From a virus (lineage: Duplodnaviria; Caudoviricetes): a DNA stretch of 59,752 bases. Every line of letters starts with the position of its first letter. Position 1 is the first letter of the stretch. Below are positions 18,234-28,830 of the stretch, piece by piece. A program made the translations under genes and the position numbers. The notes under the pieces were generated by a model, which worked only from the letters and a program-made list of their open reading frames with translations, did no database searches and was not told the origin of the DNA. The stretch lies in the IMG/VR virus record IMGVR_UViG_3300021514_000001, positions 1-59,752 of that record. One strand, written 5' to 3'.

Positions 18234-18475
18234 GGAACTTGCCCTCTTATTACTATTGCCAATAGAGCCGTGAGTACAGCTACTAAAACCAAACCAACCA
18301 TCCCATAAACAAGTCTCTGAACCGGCTCGAATTGAGACTTGGTTACAAACTGCTCCTTGCTTTCGTGTTTTAGTTCCTTTAAATCACCTTGCATACGTTC
18401 GAGGATAATCCGCTGCTTGGTAAGCTCGATGAGAATTTCAACATTGTCTATGTCTTTATCCATACTAATATCCAT
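18230..18475 (-). CDS. Small coiled-coil + C-terminal TM protein (XhlA/holin-like)
   Basis: Coiled coil followed by LVYGMVGLVLVAVLTALLAIVI. Confidence 0.65.
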   Translation of the reverse strand: MDISMDKDIDNVEILIELTKQRIILERMQGDLKELKHESKEQFVTKSQFEPVQRLVYGMVGLVLVAVLTALLAIVIRGQVP

Positions 18476-18751
18476 TTCTCACATACCAATACTCTTAAAA
18501 ACAAGGATTGCGTGGCAACCTCAAGCCTGCCCTCTCTGGGGCGCACCTGGCGTAGTATGTCAACTTGCTGTATGTCAATCTGCCCACTCGGATCTCTTAA
18601 CCTGCGTATTTGATTGTACCAACAGAAGGAAGATCTCCTTGATGTGAAATGCGCCACACGTTTGACGACGTGTATTAGCGCGATTAATAAACAGATTAGC
18701 GATGCTGCCTAAATTCCCCACGCAATCCTTATCCATTACTCTGGTACCTCA

Positions 18752-19366
18752 TTACTCTGGTACTATATCATCCCAATTGCCAGGCGGTAATAGCTCGGCC
18801 GGATAATCTGGCTCTGTTGCTGCCATCTCATCAATATAATCATTATCAACCCGTGCTGGGCCCTTCGTCGTTGTTATACCACAGTCTGAGATAGTGACAG
18901 TCCAAATATTTTGTAAGTTGGGAGTTGCTAAATGATAAACATGATACATTTCAATGGGCGGTTCAATGGGTGGTTCAATGGGTGGTTCAATGGGTGGTTC
19001 AATGGGTGGTTCATAAGGATAGATAAAATCTACATCAAAAAACGTTGCCTCTGCGGAGCTTCTCAACTCCATTCTTGCCCTATTTGCTCCAGGCGGAACT
19101 TCAATTACTTCACTAATTGAAAACTCAGTGAAGATCGTGGAAGTTACATAGTGACCCGATTGGAAATGGTCAACCCACCATGTAATCATTACTTGCCCAC
19201 TCCCCTCAATTTCGGCAACAATCTTTACCTCTTCGCCGACAGTGAAAACATCGTCAACATCACCTAGCCACCGGCCTCTTTCTCCAGGATCACATATTAT
19301 TGTGTACCGATCACCCTCTAGTGAAAATTCAGGAGAACCCTCATCGGAATATGGCCTAAATATCAT
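18752..19366 (-). CDS. Virion-associated protein with a jelly-roll/CBM-like domain and a PPIE linker
   Basis: VPPGANRARMELR...FFDVDF; (PPIE)5. Confidence 0.55.
   Translation of the reverse strand: MIFRPYSDEGSPEFSLEGDRYTIICDPGERGRWLGDVDDVFTVGEEVKIVAEIEGSGQVMITWWVDHFQSGHYVTSTIFTEFSISEVIEVPPGANRARMELRSSAEATFFDVDFIYPYEPPIEPPIEPPIEPPIEPPIEMYHVYHLATPNLQNIWTVTISDCGITTTKGPARVDNDYIDEMAATEPDYPAELLPPGNWDDIVPE
18950..19013. repeat. 12-bp tandem repeat TTCAATGGGTGG x5 (PPIE linker)
   Basis: Read directly. Confidence 0.95.
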
Positions 19367-19602
19367 CTGGCATCTCTTGGAGAATCGTCAATGTTCGGAA
19401 CGCGTTGGGTTGGGGGTGGAGTTGGTTGTTCCGGTCTCTTTACAATATGTCCCATTTTCGATCGCATCAAACTCTCGTTCAGCATGTTGGCAATCATTTC
19501 CAACTCAAGCATGTTCGTATCCTTTTGCTGCTTAAATACCGGCACAGGCCCATTTGGCCCAACAATAATATATACTGAAAAAACAAGGTCTTTTTCGTCC
19601 AT
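19363..19602 (-). CDS. Hypothetical protein
   Basis: ORF with AGGAG RBS. Confidence 0.6.
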   Translation of the reverse strand: MDEKDLVFSVYIIVGPNGPVPVFKQQKDTNMLELEMIANMLNESLMRSKMGHIVKRPEQPTPPPTQRVPNIDDSPRDAR

Positions 19603-19666
19603 TATTCTCCTATTTCTGGAATTATTAAATCACAATCATTATATAGCCATTTTCCCCAAACATTCA

Positions 19667-19906
19667 CTAAGTCATGTCGATTGGCTGAGTATCCAGAAGT
19701 TTCTGAGCCTCGCGATACTCGTAATCCTTCACCCATAATACCATCTGGGCGCGAAGTTTGCGTTTGCCAAACTGCGCTTTGGTTTCTGTGTTGGGTTCTT
19801 CGTCAATATCTAACTCTCGATAACCGAAATGCCCTGCAATTCCATCAATGAAACGCTGTAGGTGCTCGTCATTGATTTTGAATGTGACATCAGTGTATGT
19901 TGCCAA
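19667..19906 (-). CDS. Small tail-associated protein
   Basis: Overlaps the end of the large tail gene; GGAGG RBS. Confidence 0.6.
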   Translation of the reverse strand: MATYTDVTFKINDEHLQRFIDGIAGHFGYRELDIDEEPNTETKAQFGKRKLRAQMVLWVKDYEYREAQKLLDTQPIDMT

Positions 19907-22900
19907 GTCGTTCCTCCAATTCTTCTATCCGTTGATAAAGCTCCCATAACGCACCACTATGTAGGCGCATCATGCCTGTTGTGTTAATCATTGTGTTGCC
20001 ATCCGGCATTGTTTGAATCAGTCTTTGTTCTTCTAAATCATCACGGTTGTATCGCACAAAATCATCAAACTTTGTGCGAATCGCAGTTGGAGATAATAAG
20101 CTCACGGCCCTAACCATTTCGTTATCACTAGCTAGATGATCGAAGTTTTGATATAGCGTTCCCAATGTATAAAGATCGCCGTCACCCTTTGTTACCTGAA
20201 TTATTGAAGTGTTGTTTCGGACGACAACCACATTGCTTGTAAGTGGAATGGTTGTGTTATCAACCTTGCCAAGAAGTATAACCGGCGCTCTGTCGGTTGA
20301 ACTCGGTTGATTTGCGCTGCCAACCAACCATATCCCATGATTTATGTCACTAATTCCTCTAAGGTATGCGCCTCCATCTGATCCTCCAGCTTTATTGACT
20401 TGAAAATACGAATTGGCGTTATCCATTCCTTGAGCAAGCGACGTATCAACTCCCGTAGATCGACAATCAAAAATCACACCGCTATTACCAGCTTGATTAA
20501 GAACCAATTGCCCATAATCGGCGGCCACAGGCCCACTTGCTCCAACCGACAAGCCACTTCTACAAGTAACATCTTGGCTAAAGACTGCGCTGTCCTCTCT
20601 TAAATCCAAGACACCCGTTCCATTTATCTCGAAGTCAATGGCTGAGTATTCTGGCTCCCAAACATTTGCTCCTACTAACTCAATCTTTGCAGATCTTTGT
20701 CCAGAAAGTTCACCCGATAGTGCCTCAATAGCAACAAAAGCATTTTCATCATCAACTAAAGTTACTCCAAAGAGATTTAAACCAGATGAATTAATGCTTG
20801 CAAAGGCGCTAATCAGTCCTGTTGGTATTTCATGCGTTCCCCAAACAATCGTTGTTCCATCTGACGGGGCTGGCCCGCCATCAATGGGGATATCGTATCC
20901 AACGGCTAAAGCAAGCCCCGCGTCATCAAGGGTAGTAAGACCGGCTCTAATTTCTCCATCATCTCCTATTGACATCCTGCCGGAGAAATAGCTACCACCA
21001 GATCCGGAATCTAGCGTAATGACCTTTTCGCCATTACCATTTCTGAAATATGTTTCAACACCATCCCACACCATTGCGCCGCCACCGCTTATAGTTGTGC
21101 CGCCAAGCCGCATCTTGAAAACATCATCAATGTCATTGAAAACAATGAATCCATCACCACCCTCGTCGAGTCCTAATGGCAATGGGTTTCCTACAGCAAT
21201 GCTTGGAACGTCTGGATCAAGACGAATTGTTTCGCTATCAACATTTTGGGGAATAATATACCAATGGAGTCTTATCCTAGATCCGTCCCAATCGCCTTCC
21301 GACATGATTTCCAGCGGCTTGACGTAAACAGTTATTAAACCACTTGAGGTTTCCTGTGTAGCGATTGTCACCTCTCTGGAATGAGGGGCGTAGTCTGGGC
21401 CTGTATTATCTTGAATTTCGGCAACCAGGCGCATCTCAGTGTCAGGATCTACGACTACTGTGACATGCGCTTTTATTTGAATCATTTCAGTGGAAGAGAA
21501 TGATGAAGTCATATTGGTTAAATCAAAGGTGGCTACTGAGTGATGCTCTTGTCCTTCTGAATACAGCTTGTTGCGAATATAATCAGATCCCCCTCCTGAA
21601 TCTGGATCGTCATCAATTAATGAATAAGCAACTGTTCCCGTACTTAAAAGCAGATTATCTGTCCAAGGTTTTCCTTGTTCGTCATTTCCTAAATTAACAT
21701 CATTATTCGGCCGTATCGTTGTTGATCCCGCTCCATAATCAACAGTAACCTCAATCGCGTTTAATCTGATATATCCTGTATTGTCCCGGCCACCATTGTA
21801 AAGACTAAATGACATGCCATGTGATTCAAGTTTAAATTCGCTAGAAACAAAGTGCATACCAGCAGGATTGCCGACAAACAATCCCATGATGCCGCGATCA
21901 CCTGTGATTCCGCCAAGATCGCCAAGACGAATTGGATTCTTTATATTTGTAGGCGTATACGGATTGCTGCTCCAGCGGCCCAATCCGATGTATGGAGATC
22001 CCATTTGATCAATTGCATTGAGATTAATCCAACCATCGCCTGACTGGCCAAAATCAACAACGACATTACCTTCTCGAACGACCAGGCCGACTGGAGCCGC
22101 TCCTATATCACGAGCGGTAAATGTCCATCGCTGACTTCCATCACCTTGATCTAAGTAATTTGTAACCTGTCCCCAAACCTTAGCTTTGACTAAGCCTCCA
22201 CCACTACGATCGAGTGGGAGCAATAGACAATAATCATATTGACCAAATATAGGAACGCCCTCAAGACCATTTGCATCTTCGACAAAAATATTTGAACCGA
22301 CACCTACGGCCGTAATTGTAAAGTCTTTTGTAAGAAACGATCCTGACGGCGTAATGAAGTCCTGCCCCGTCTTTACACGAGCCTGTTCCATTGTAAATGT
22401 TGTTACAACAAGCTCTTCAAAATATGCTGACCGCATATCCATATGGCCACCATAGGAGATTCCCCACCCCGCTCCCATAAAGCCAGACACAAACTGATCG
22501 CTTTTTAGAAGAGGATAATTCCATCCTTCGCTTCCAATCCGAATTACTTCACCGACTGGTATGAGAATAAGACTATCCTCCGGCTGAACAGACAAATGTC
22601 CAGTACCGGTTGTTATATTGCCTACAGACTCGAAGTGCAGCTGATTGTTAATGGCAACGATAAATGAATCGGGGTATAAATAGATATTTTCGGCTGGCTG
22701 TAACGTCAATCCCCCCTCCTCGGTTTCGATGGAACCAGCCGCTTCGAATCGCAATTCATTAGCAATCCATACTGTTTCATAACCGGGGCGTAAGAATAGG
22801 TCTCCCTCCAGGACTATTTCAAGGTCTCCAGAGTCCACTTCAATACTATGACTGCCACCAACAAACACCAAGGAGCCGTCAATCACTAATTCATGATAGG

Positions 22901-24758
22901 ATGGTCCTGAGCCAATGCCCAAACCACCCAGTTGTACCATTCCACCGGAATCACCGGCGATAATAGTGTTTGGATGCGTTTCGGCATCGCTAGTTGTGTT
23001 TACGGATATTTGCTGGCCGCTTAATAATATATGGGAGCCTGCCGTTGCCTCATCATGATGTGCATCTGGATCTGCTACGTGAGCACTAAGATCAACACCA
23101 TCAAATCTTCCGCCTGCAAAAATATTTACATCCCCAGTGAATGCTCTACTGGCGGAAACTGGCATATATTGCAAATGATCATCGTCTGCTAGCCCTGTTA
23201 ATGCTCCATGATCTGTAACGCCTGGCGCTGCACCTCCATTACCCCCTGTAATAACAACATTGCCGCCCGATCCTCCCATCCGTTTTAATCTGTCAGCGAG
23301 GGCAGTATTCCCACTTAATTCGCCTTTGTACCAGAATTCTCCAAGATCGTAGGTAACATATCTAACGCCATCACTTGCATCTGCGGAACAGGTAAAACTT
23401 CTGATCCATAAATCTTTGTTTACATACCAAAGAACCTCTCCCCCGATCTCTCGTTCATATTTAAGATTTAACGATTGTCCGATATGGGCATCCCTAAGAG
23501 CAACGGTTTTGGCAGTATAATCGTCATTAAGAACAGTTCTGCTTAACAGGTAATCAGCACAGGCATTGACTAACCGCTGCTGTGCCGCCAATATGGCTTC
23601 GGGTGTATCTGTTTGCGCTTTGATATAATCAAATGACTCGCTGTTCTCAACGATTTGATGGAATGACATTCCAGCTTCACCGGAGTCATAAACAAGCATA
23701 GATTCATTTGGATAAAGTGTGAAGCCTGTTGGAATAACAAGATCGCCGACATCAACTCCAACAAAAGATAAACCATCACCTCCAGATGCTAATACGCGTG
23801 TCACACCGCTTTTGATACTTAAATGTTTATTGCAATCTATGATGGGGGCATAATTAATGTCGTTCTTAAAAAGAGCCAGACCAACATCTTTAACTGACCG
23901 CAAATTAAAAGAAGTGGACAAGGCAGCTTCATTAGTTTTGATCCAATAGAGCATACGCTGTGGTAAATCCGTGATGCTTGTTGTCCATTGCCACCCGGCT
24001 TGTGTCGCAATATCACTGAGTAGATCAATGCACTTGCGGCCCCCTACTTCATGAAATGATCCAAGAGGTGATTTTGATTGACCTGAACTCCAGCCCGTTT
24101 GACTATAAGCTATTGCTTGCTCAATGTCGTTTTGAGAATTACCAAAAAAAATATCGTATGTAGTTGTCGCGCCTGCAGTTGGTTCGCTAGGTTGCCAATC
24201 CTCTACATAAATTCTACTCTCTCCACTTGAATATTTTGTAATTGTGGCTACATAACCATCAATCTCAACAACGCCACCATTATAGAAATCTTCAGCTTCT
24301 TGATGAGCAGCATCAAGAAAAATATAATCCGTTGTCCACGCGGTTGTTTCCCCGCTGTAAACTTCTGAAATATAGGCAAGGCGTAACACCTTGCGCTGTA
24401 ATTCTTTTGATATGCCGGCCCCTGTCCAAGTAAGAGTCCCCGATCCATCAGCATTTTCCTGGTAATCTTCATCTTCAATAATGAATATCGCACAAACAGC
24501 ATCTCCTCCATCAAGAAACAAAGGATGGCGACAGAATGTTAATGCAATATCTCCCTTTTTTACGAGCGGGTGGTTGTCACGGTTCATGATGGTGGATACG
24601 GCCGATCCAGAACCGAATCCACCTCCTTCAAACTTGCCCTCAGTAGATAGGAGACTTATTTCATCAACGGTTCTCCCGTAATCGGCAACCGTTTTTCTTG
24701 TGGCGAGATTTGAAGGAGTAAATACATGAAGGAATGGACCTGACCAGTTTGTACTCAT
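19890..24758 (-). CDS. Large tail-tip / central fibre protein (Tal-like hub plus extensions)
   Basis: 1622 aa after TMP and Dit; DHGALTGLADDDHLQY motif; C-terminal coiled coil LYQRIEELEERL. Confidence 0.8.
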   Translation of the reverse strand: MSTNWSGPFLHVFTPSNLATRKTVADYGRTVDEISLLSTEGKFEGGGFGSGSAVSTIMNRDNHPLVKKGDIALTFCRHPLFLDGGDAVCAIFIIEDEDYQENADGSGTLTWTGAGISKELQRKVLRLAYISEVYSGETTAWTTDYIFLDAAHQEAEDFYNGGVVEIDGYVATITKYSSGESRIYVEDWQPSEPTAGATTTYDIFFGNSQNDIEQAIAYSQTGWSSGQSKSPLGSFHEVGGRKCIDLLSDIATQAGWQWTTSITDLPQRMLYWIKTNEAALSTSFNLRSVKDVGLALFKNDINYAPIIDCNKHLSIKSGVTRVLASGGDGLSFVGVDVGDLVIPTGFTLYPNESMLVYDSGEAGMSFHQIVENSESFDYIKAQTDTPEAILAAQQRLVNACADYLLSRTVLNDDYTAKTVALRDAHIGQSLNLKYEREIGGEVLWYVNKDLWIRSFTCSADASDGVRYVTYDLGEFWYKGELSGNTALADRLKRMGGSGGNVVITGGNGGAAPGVTDHGALTGLADDDHLQYMPVSASRAFTGDVNIFAGGRFDGVDLSAHVADPDAHHDEATAGSHILLSGQQISVNTTSDAETHPNTIIAGDSGGMVQLGGLGIGSGPSYHELVIDGSLVFVGGSHSIEVDSGDLEIVLEGDLFLRPGYETVWIANELRFEAAGSIETEEGGLTLQPAENIYLYPDSFIVAINNQLHFESVGNITTGTGHLSVQPEDSLILIPVGEVIRIGSEGWNYPLLKSDQFVSGFMGAGWGISYGGHMDMRSAYFEELVVTTFTMEQARVKTGQDFITPSGSFLTKDFTITAVGVGSNIFVEDANGLEGVPIFGQYDYCLLLPLDRSGGGLVKAKVWGQVTNYLDQGDGSQRWTFTARDIGAAPVGLVVREGNVVVDFGQSGDGWINLNAIDQMGSPYIGLGRWSSNPYTPTNIKNPIRLGDLGGITGDRGIMGLFVGNPAGMHFVSSEFKLESHGMSFSLYNGGRDNTGYIRLNAIEVTVDYGAGSTTIRPNNDVNLGNDEQGKPWTDNLLLSTGTVAYSLIDDDPDSGGGSDYIRNKLYSEGQEHHSVATFDLTNMTSSFSSTEMIQIKAHVTVVVDPDTEMRLVAEIQDNTGPDYAPHSREVTIATQETSSGLITVYVKPLEIMSEGDWDGSRIRLHWYIIPQNVDSETIRLDPDVPSIAVGNPLPLGLDEGGDGFIVFNDIDDVFKMRLGGTTISGGGAMVWDGVETYFRNGNGEKVITLDSGSGGSYFSGRMSIGDDGEIRAGLTTLDDAGLALAVGYDIPIDGGPAPSDGTTIVWGTHEIPTGLISAFASINSSGLNLFGVTLVDDENAFVAIEALSGELSGQRSAKIELVGANVWEPEYSAIDFEINGTGVLDLREDSAVFSQDVTCRSGLSVGASGPVAADYGQLVLNQAGNSGVIFDCRSTGVDTSLAQGMDNANSYFQVNKAGGSDGGAYLRGISDINHGIWLVGSANQPSSTDRAPVILLGKVDNTTIPLTSNVVVVRNNTSIIQVTKGDGDLYTLGTLYQNFDHLASDNEMVRAVSLLSPTAIRTKFDDFVRYNRDDLEEQRLIQTMPDGNTMINTTGMMRLHSGALWELYQRIEELEERLGNIH

Positions 24759-25207
24759 GAAAACATTTCCACGGGCCTAAATGTGACAGAAAGACCACTA
24801 ATTATGCTTTTATAGGAATCGTACCATCGGACATCTTGTGTAAAAGTATAACTTTCAAGCTCGCATTCTGCAGTCATAAAGGCAAGAGAACCATGTACTC
24901 TAGCTTTAAAAGTTTTTGTTAATCCATAAAGACCAACAGGAGGAATTCCAAAGAACCCATTAAATGCAGTTTGAAAGCCATAATCATCATTGCTGTAACA
25001 AACCATAATTAAGACAAACGGCCGTGGAGTAAGTTTGGCGCCATTTCCGTAATTGAAATCAAATAGATCGCCTCCGGCAACTGGGATGATGCCTGATTTT
25101 ACTGTGGGGACAGGTAATTCAAAAGCCTGGGTATCAAGTCCACTAGGCGAATTACCACCTCGAATATTAACCGCATTAAATGATTCTGGAACTAAATAGG
25201 TGGTCAT
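24755..25207 (-). CDS. Putative distal tail protein
   Basis: Position between tape measure and tail tip; beta-rich. Confidence 0.6.
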   Translation of the reverse strand: MTTYLVPESFNAVNIRGGNSPSGLDTQAFELPVPTVKSGIIPVAGGDLFDFNYGNGAKLTPRPFVLIMVCYSNDDYGFQTAFNGFFGIPPVGLYGLTKTFKARVHGSLAFMTAECELESYTFTQDVRWYDSYKSIISGLSVTFRPVEMFS

Positions 25208-28200
25208 ATTAACCCCGCTTTTTCTAGCGCAGAGTATAAACCATCACTGGAGGCTGCCGCAACCTGACTCGGATTATGAACGCCTGTGGCAAACTGATTT
25301 ATAACTTCAATGTTTATCCCTCCTGCTCCCGATGGCGCTTGCCCGGCTGGGGTTACATTGACATACTCGCCGCTAGAAACGCCGATCAAATAGTCATCAT
25401 TGCTATAACCAGCTGGAACAACCATTGATCCACCTGTCGCAAACTCGGAATCTCCACGGCTGGTACTATCATCTGAAGATCCTCCTACTTTATAATGAAC
25501 AAAGATGGTCATATGCCGATCTCTAGCTGCTATATCAGCACTTAAACTAAAATCAGCAACATCAGTCATTGCTTGCCCGGTGATAGCCTGAACTGTTGCT
25601 TCCCAAGGGGTAATTGTTATGGCTTCTAGCTGCTCTTCCAATGCCGTAAGTTTTGCCTCATCTGCTTCTGGTATGTTTACAATCGAAGGAGCGTCTTGGT
25701 ATCCCAGTTCCCATTCCGCCGGCGTATAATATTTGATTGCATCATTTGCTGACATTATGCCATTTGCAACGTTTTGTGCCGCAGCGGCCTGAGCATCAAG
25801 GTCTAGATTCTTAAACCCTTCCGATACGGCGAGCTTATCTATTTCAATGTTGATTCTGATAAAATCTTTTTGGAGTTTCCCAGCTTCTTCTGTGATAAGT
25901 CCTAAATTGACGGCTAGATCGATAGCAGATTCACTGAATCCAGCATCAACAATCATAGCATCAATAAGAGCCTCTTTGTAATGGGTGTTTATTGCTTCGC
26001 TAGCTTCTTCGAGTTGTGCCTTAATCTCTTCTATTTCTTCTGGGTCAGTAGCTAAAGAAAGGGCGATTTGGAGATCGCTGATGTTATCAATATAAGATTT
26101 ACTTGTACCATATGCCTCAAGCAAGTTTTCGTTTTGATTACTAATTCTATCCGCTATTTGCCCTTCTACCCGCATCCTATTTTCGGCAACGGCTAATGCC
26201 TTCTCTTCACTTAAAGCCTCTTCTAATGCTAAAGCTGCTGCTTCCTTGCCGAGTGCGATGAAATTTTTGTCAGCATTAAGCTGCTTTTCTTTTGTTGTAA
26301 GAATATCTTTTTCGAGGTCTGATTTTTCTTTTGCGGCATCCAACTCGTCTTGAGCGGCTTGTTTTTCGTTCCTTTTCAACGCTATAGATTTAAGCTTAAT
26401 CTCCAATCCTTCCAGGGAGAGATCGTTATTCTCTCTAATTAAGCGGGCGGCTTCTCGTTGTAGATCGTTGTATTGCTGTTCAGCATCAACAGCATCCCAA
26501 TCAACAAGATCCGAAACTACTCCGCGAACCTGGAAAACTCCCTCCCCAAAGTCGGAACCTGATATTGCACTACTTAATTCATCAAACGCAACAATACTGC
26601 TCGAAAAGCCAGAAACCAGATCATAAAGGTTTGTTTTAGCCTCAACCAAACCTACCGCTAAATTTTTAGTTAAAGATCCTTCGAGGGCATATGCTGCATC
26701 CTTAGCAGAATTCATTTCCTCTGTTGCAAGATACAATGTGCCATCAAATTCAGCGACCTGAGCATCAAGCGTTCCAACTGCAACATTCGCTCCCTTATAC
26801 GCTTCGGCAAGCTCAGCCGTGTGCCGGCCTGTTAATTCGAGAATGCCACGGCCAGCAAGCATATCACGATAAAATTTACTGTTTCCTTGGGCCAGCTCGC
26901 TTACTGACTGCCCTGTATCTTCGGCGTGTTCCTCAATGAGTATGAGTCCTTCTACGAGTGTGCCTCCGGCGGAAGTAAATTCTCTGAAACCCATACCTGC
27001 GGCATCAACAAAGGCATTACTAAGTTGTGTTCCTCTGACCGCAATCTGCGTGAGCATATTGCCTAAGAGATCTCCAATCTCTCTGAAATCATCACCCTGG
27101 CGATTCATGACGATCATCGCGGCGGTTACCTCTTCAAGGCTTACGCCTGCTTCGGCAGCGGGAGAGATAATCTTTGCCATGCCGCTGATCAGATCTTGTG
27201 TTTCAAGATTGGAGTTTTGAACGAGGTATGCGTACTGATCTAAAACTTCATTAATGTCATATACGCCCGTTCCATAGGCATTGACAGTACTCATGCCTGA
27301 TACAAGCGTACCTGTCATGTCTGCGTTAGCGACTCGTGCGGCATCTGTTGAAACGGCGACAGCTTTCATAGCCTCGCCGTATTCAAGGCCAAGATTCATG
27401 GCCTTTCTAATGGCTGTTTGTGTTTCTAATGTTCCACGGCCCAAACTTCTCGCAGCTCTAACTGTTGACTCGTAAAGCTCATCCTGACTAGCCATAAGCT
27501 CAGGAACTTGCGCCTTGGTTCTGGCAACTTCTTCTTCTAGGGAAGAGAAAGTTTCTGTGGATTGTCGCTGGAATTCCTTGGCTGCTTCAGCCCCTCTGCG
27601 GAAGGCATCCCCTATGATGCTCATGCCTTTGAAAACTAAACCGGCTACGCCACCGGCGGCTACGGCCGTGATCAATGATTCCTTTAGTTTTCCGACTTCA
27701 ACCCCAAATAATCTGGTTTCACTTCTAGCTCTTACTTCGGCCTGGGCAAGCCTCTGCGTCTCGGCTTGTTGCGCTCGCAAGGCGATTGCAGTATCACTAA
27801 CACCGAGTTCTAGTCTCTTCTCATCGGTAGCGAGCTGCTGTGTAGCCTGACCTAATGCTTTGGTGCTAACAAATGCTTTATCTTGCTCCAAATCCATTTG
27901 CTTTAATGCTGTTGCATGACGAATCGTAGCGTCAGTAGTCGATTTGATCGCTACATGGTTTTCTTCTTGCTCTAGAACCAGTCGCTTTAATCCTGATTCA
28001 TACTGTTGGTTTGCATCTGTTATGGATTTTTGAGCAACATATCCTTCTTCCAAGGAAAGAGTTAATTTCTCTTCGGCAACGGCATGTTGTTTTATCGCAT
28101 CGGCTGATGCTTCTGATTTCTGTGTTCCCTCATGTAGTTCTCGATTTAATTGGCTTTGTGAATCTGCGAAGTCTCTTGTAATTGCAGAAAGTTTTGATGC

Positions 28201-28521
28201 TTCTTGTACCTGTTCGCTGGTCGCACTTTCCATTCCTGCAAGTTGAACGGCATATTCCTTTGCTTCTTGGGTGGTCTTTTGCATGGTGGCCGCAACACGA
28301 TCAAGATCGCCGTTAAGAACGCGCATTTCTTCACCGGCAGTATCACCTGAAGCATCAACACGGCGAATGGCCTCTGCTATTTTCTGAGATGCAGACGCAG
28401 CTTGCTCTTGTGCGGTTGCGAGTTGTAGAAGCTCGTCTGTCAGCTTATCTACCGCTGCGGCAGCCTGCGTTACCCCTTTTGTTTCGGCATCGACAACGAT
28501 TTTTGCGCTTACTTCTGGCAT
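25204..28521 (-). CDS. Tail tape measure protein
   Basis: 1105 aa, Ala-rich helical; TMP-core AAEAGVSLEEVTAAM; C-terminal FATGGSMVVP...SSGEYVNVTP. Confidence 0.93.
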   Translation of the reverse strand: MPEVSAKIVVDAETKGVTQAAAAVDKLTDELLQLATAQEQAASASQKIAEAIRRVDASGDTAGEEMRVLNGDLDRVAATMQKTTQEAKEYAVQLAGMESATSEQVQEASKLSAITRDFADSQSQLNRELHEGTQKSEASADAIKQHAVAEEKLTLSLEEGYVAQKSITDANQQYESGLKRLVLEQEENHVAIKSTTDATIRHATALKQMDLEQDKAFVSTKALGQATQQLATDEKRLELGVSDTAIALRAQQAETQRLAQAEVRARSETRLFGVEVGKLKESLITAVAAGGVAGLVFKGMSIIGDAFRRGAEAAKEFQRQSTETFSSLEEEVARTKAQVPELMASQDELYESTVRAARSLGRGTLETQTAIRKAMNLGLEYGEAMKAVAVSTDAARVANADMTGTLVSGMSTVNAYGTGVYDINEVLDQYAYLVQNSNLETQDLISGMAKIISPAAEAGVSLEEVTAAMIVMNRQGDDFREIGDLLGNMLTQIAVRGTQLSNAFVDAAGMGFREFTSAGGTLVEGLILIEEHAEDTGQSVSELAQGNSKFYRDMLAGRGILELTGRHTAELAEAYKGANVAVGTLDAQVAEFDGTLYLATEEMNSAKDAAYALEGSLTKNLAVGLVEAKTNLYDLVSGFSSSIVAFDELSSAISGSDFGEGVFQVRGVVSDLVDWDAVDAEQQYNDLQREAARLIRENNDLSLEGLEIKLKSIALKRNEKQAAQDELDAAKEKSDLEKDILTTKEKQLNADKNFIALGKEAAALALEEALSEEKALAVAENRMRVEGQIADRISNQNENLLEAYGTSKSYIDNISDLQIALSLATDPEEIEEIKAQLEEASEAINTHYKEALIDAMIVDAGFSESAIDLAVNLGLITEEAGKLQKDFIRINIEIDKLAVSEGFKNLDLDAQAAAAQNVANGIMSANDAIKYYTPAEWELGYQDAPSIVNIPEADEAKLTALEEQLEAITITPWEATVQAITGQAMTDVADFSLSADIAARDRHMTIFVHYKVGGSSDDSTSRGDSEFATGGSMVVPAGYSNDDYLIGVSSGEYVNVTPAGQAPSGAGGINIEVINQFATGVHNPSQVAAASSDGLYSALEKAGLI

Positions 28522-28530
28522 ATTTAACCT

Positions 28531-28830
28531 TTACAAAACCTCAGCTACTTTGTCGAGCAGCTTATCTTCTTCCTTTGTAAGTTTTTCGCCTTTATTAGTT
28601 TTGTAACCTAAGACAGCCACCTTTTTAGCTGTATCCATTAGATACAATAGGTAGCTGTTTCGCCGCTTTTCTGTTATCCAATCACCTCCAGGGTAGGGGA
28701 GTTTAAATACGAATCGTCCTGCCGCCTGGCTCGCCTGTGGATCAAATAGCCAATTAGACATTGAAAGTATTGGATGAATCGGTAAAAGTTCATCGTCACT
28801 TGCTGTTGCCCAATTCCAGACGAGCCTCAT
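28531..28830 (-). CDS. Tail assembly chaperone, C-terminal frameshift part (gpT-like)
   Basis: In the -1 frame relative to the upstream chaperone; LPYPGG motif; directly before TMP. Confidence 0.7.
   Translation of the reverse strand: MRLVWNWATASDDELLPIHPILSMSNWLFDPQASQAAGRFVFKLPYPGGDWITEKRRNSYLLYLMDTAKKVAVLGYKTNKGEKLTKEEDKLLDKVAEVL

Noticed and set aside
18476-18763. Gene or pseudogene in the gap before the lysis cassette, with a 14-bp tandem duplication CATTACTCTGGTAC (18734, 18750)
   Set aside because: Only short unconvincing frames; the duplication is real but looks like local slippage
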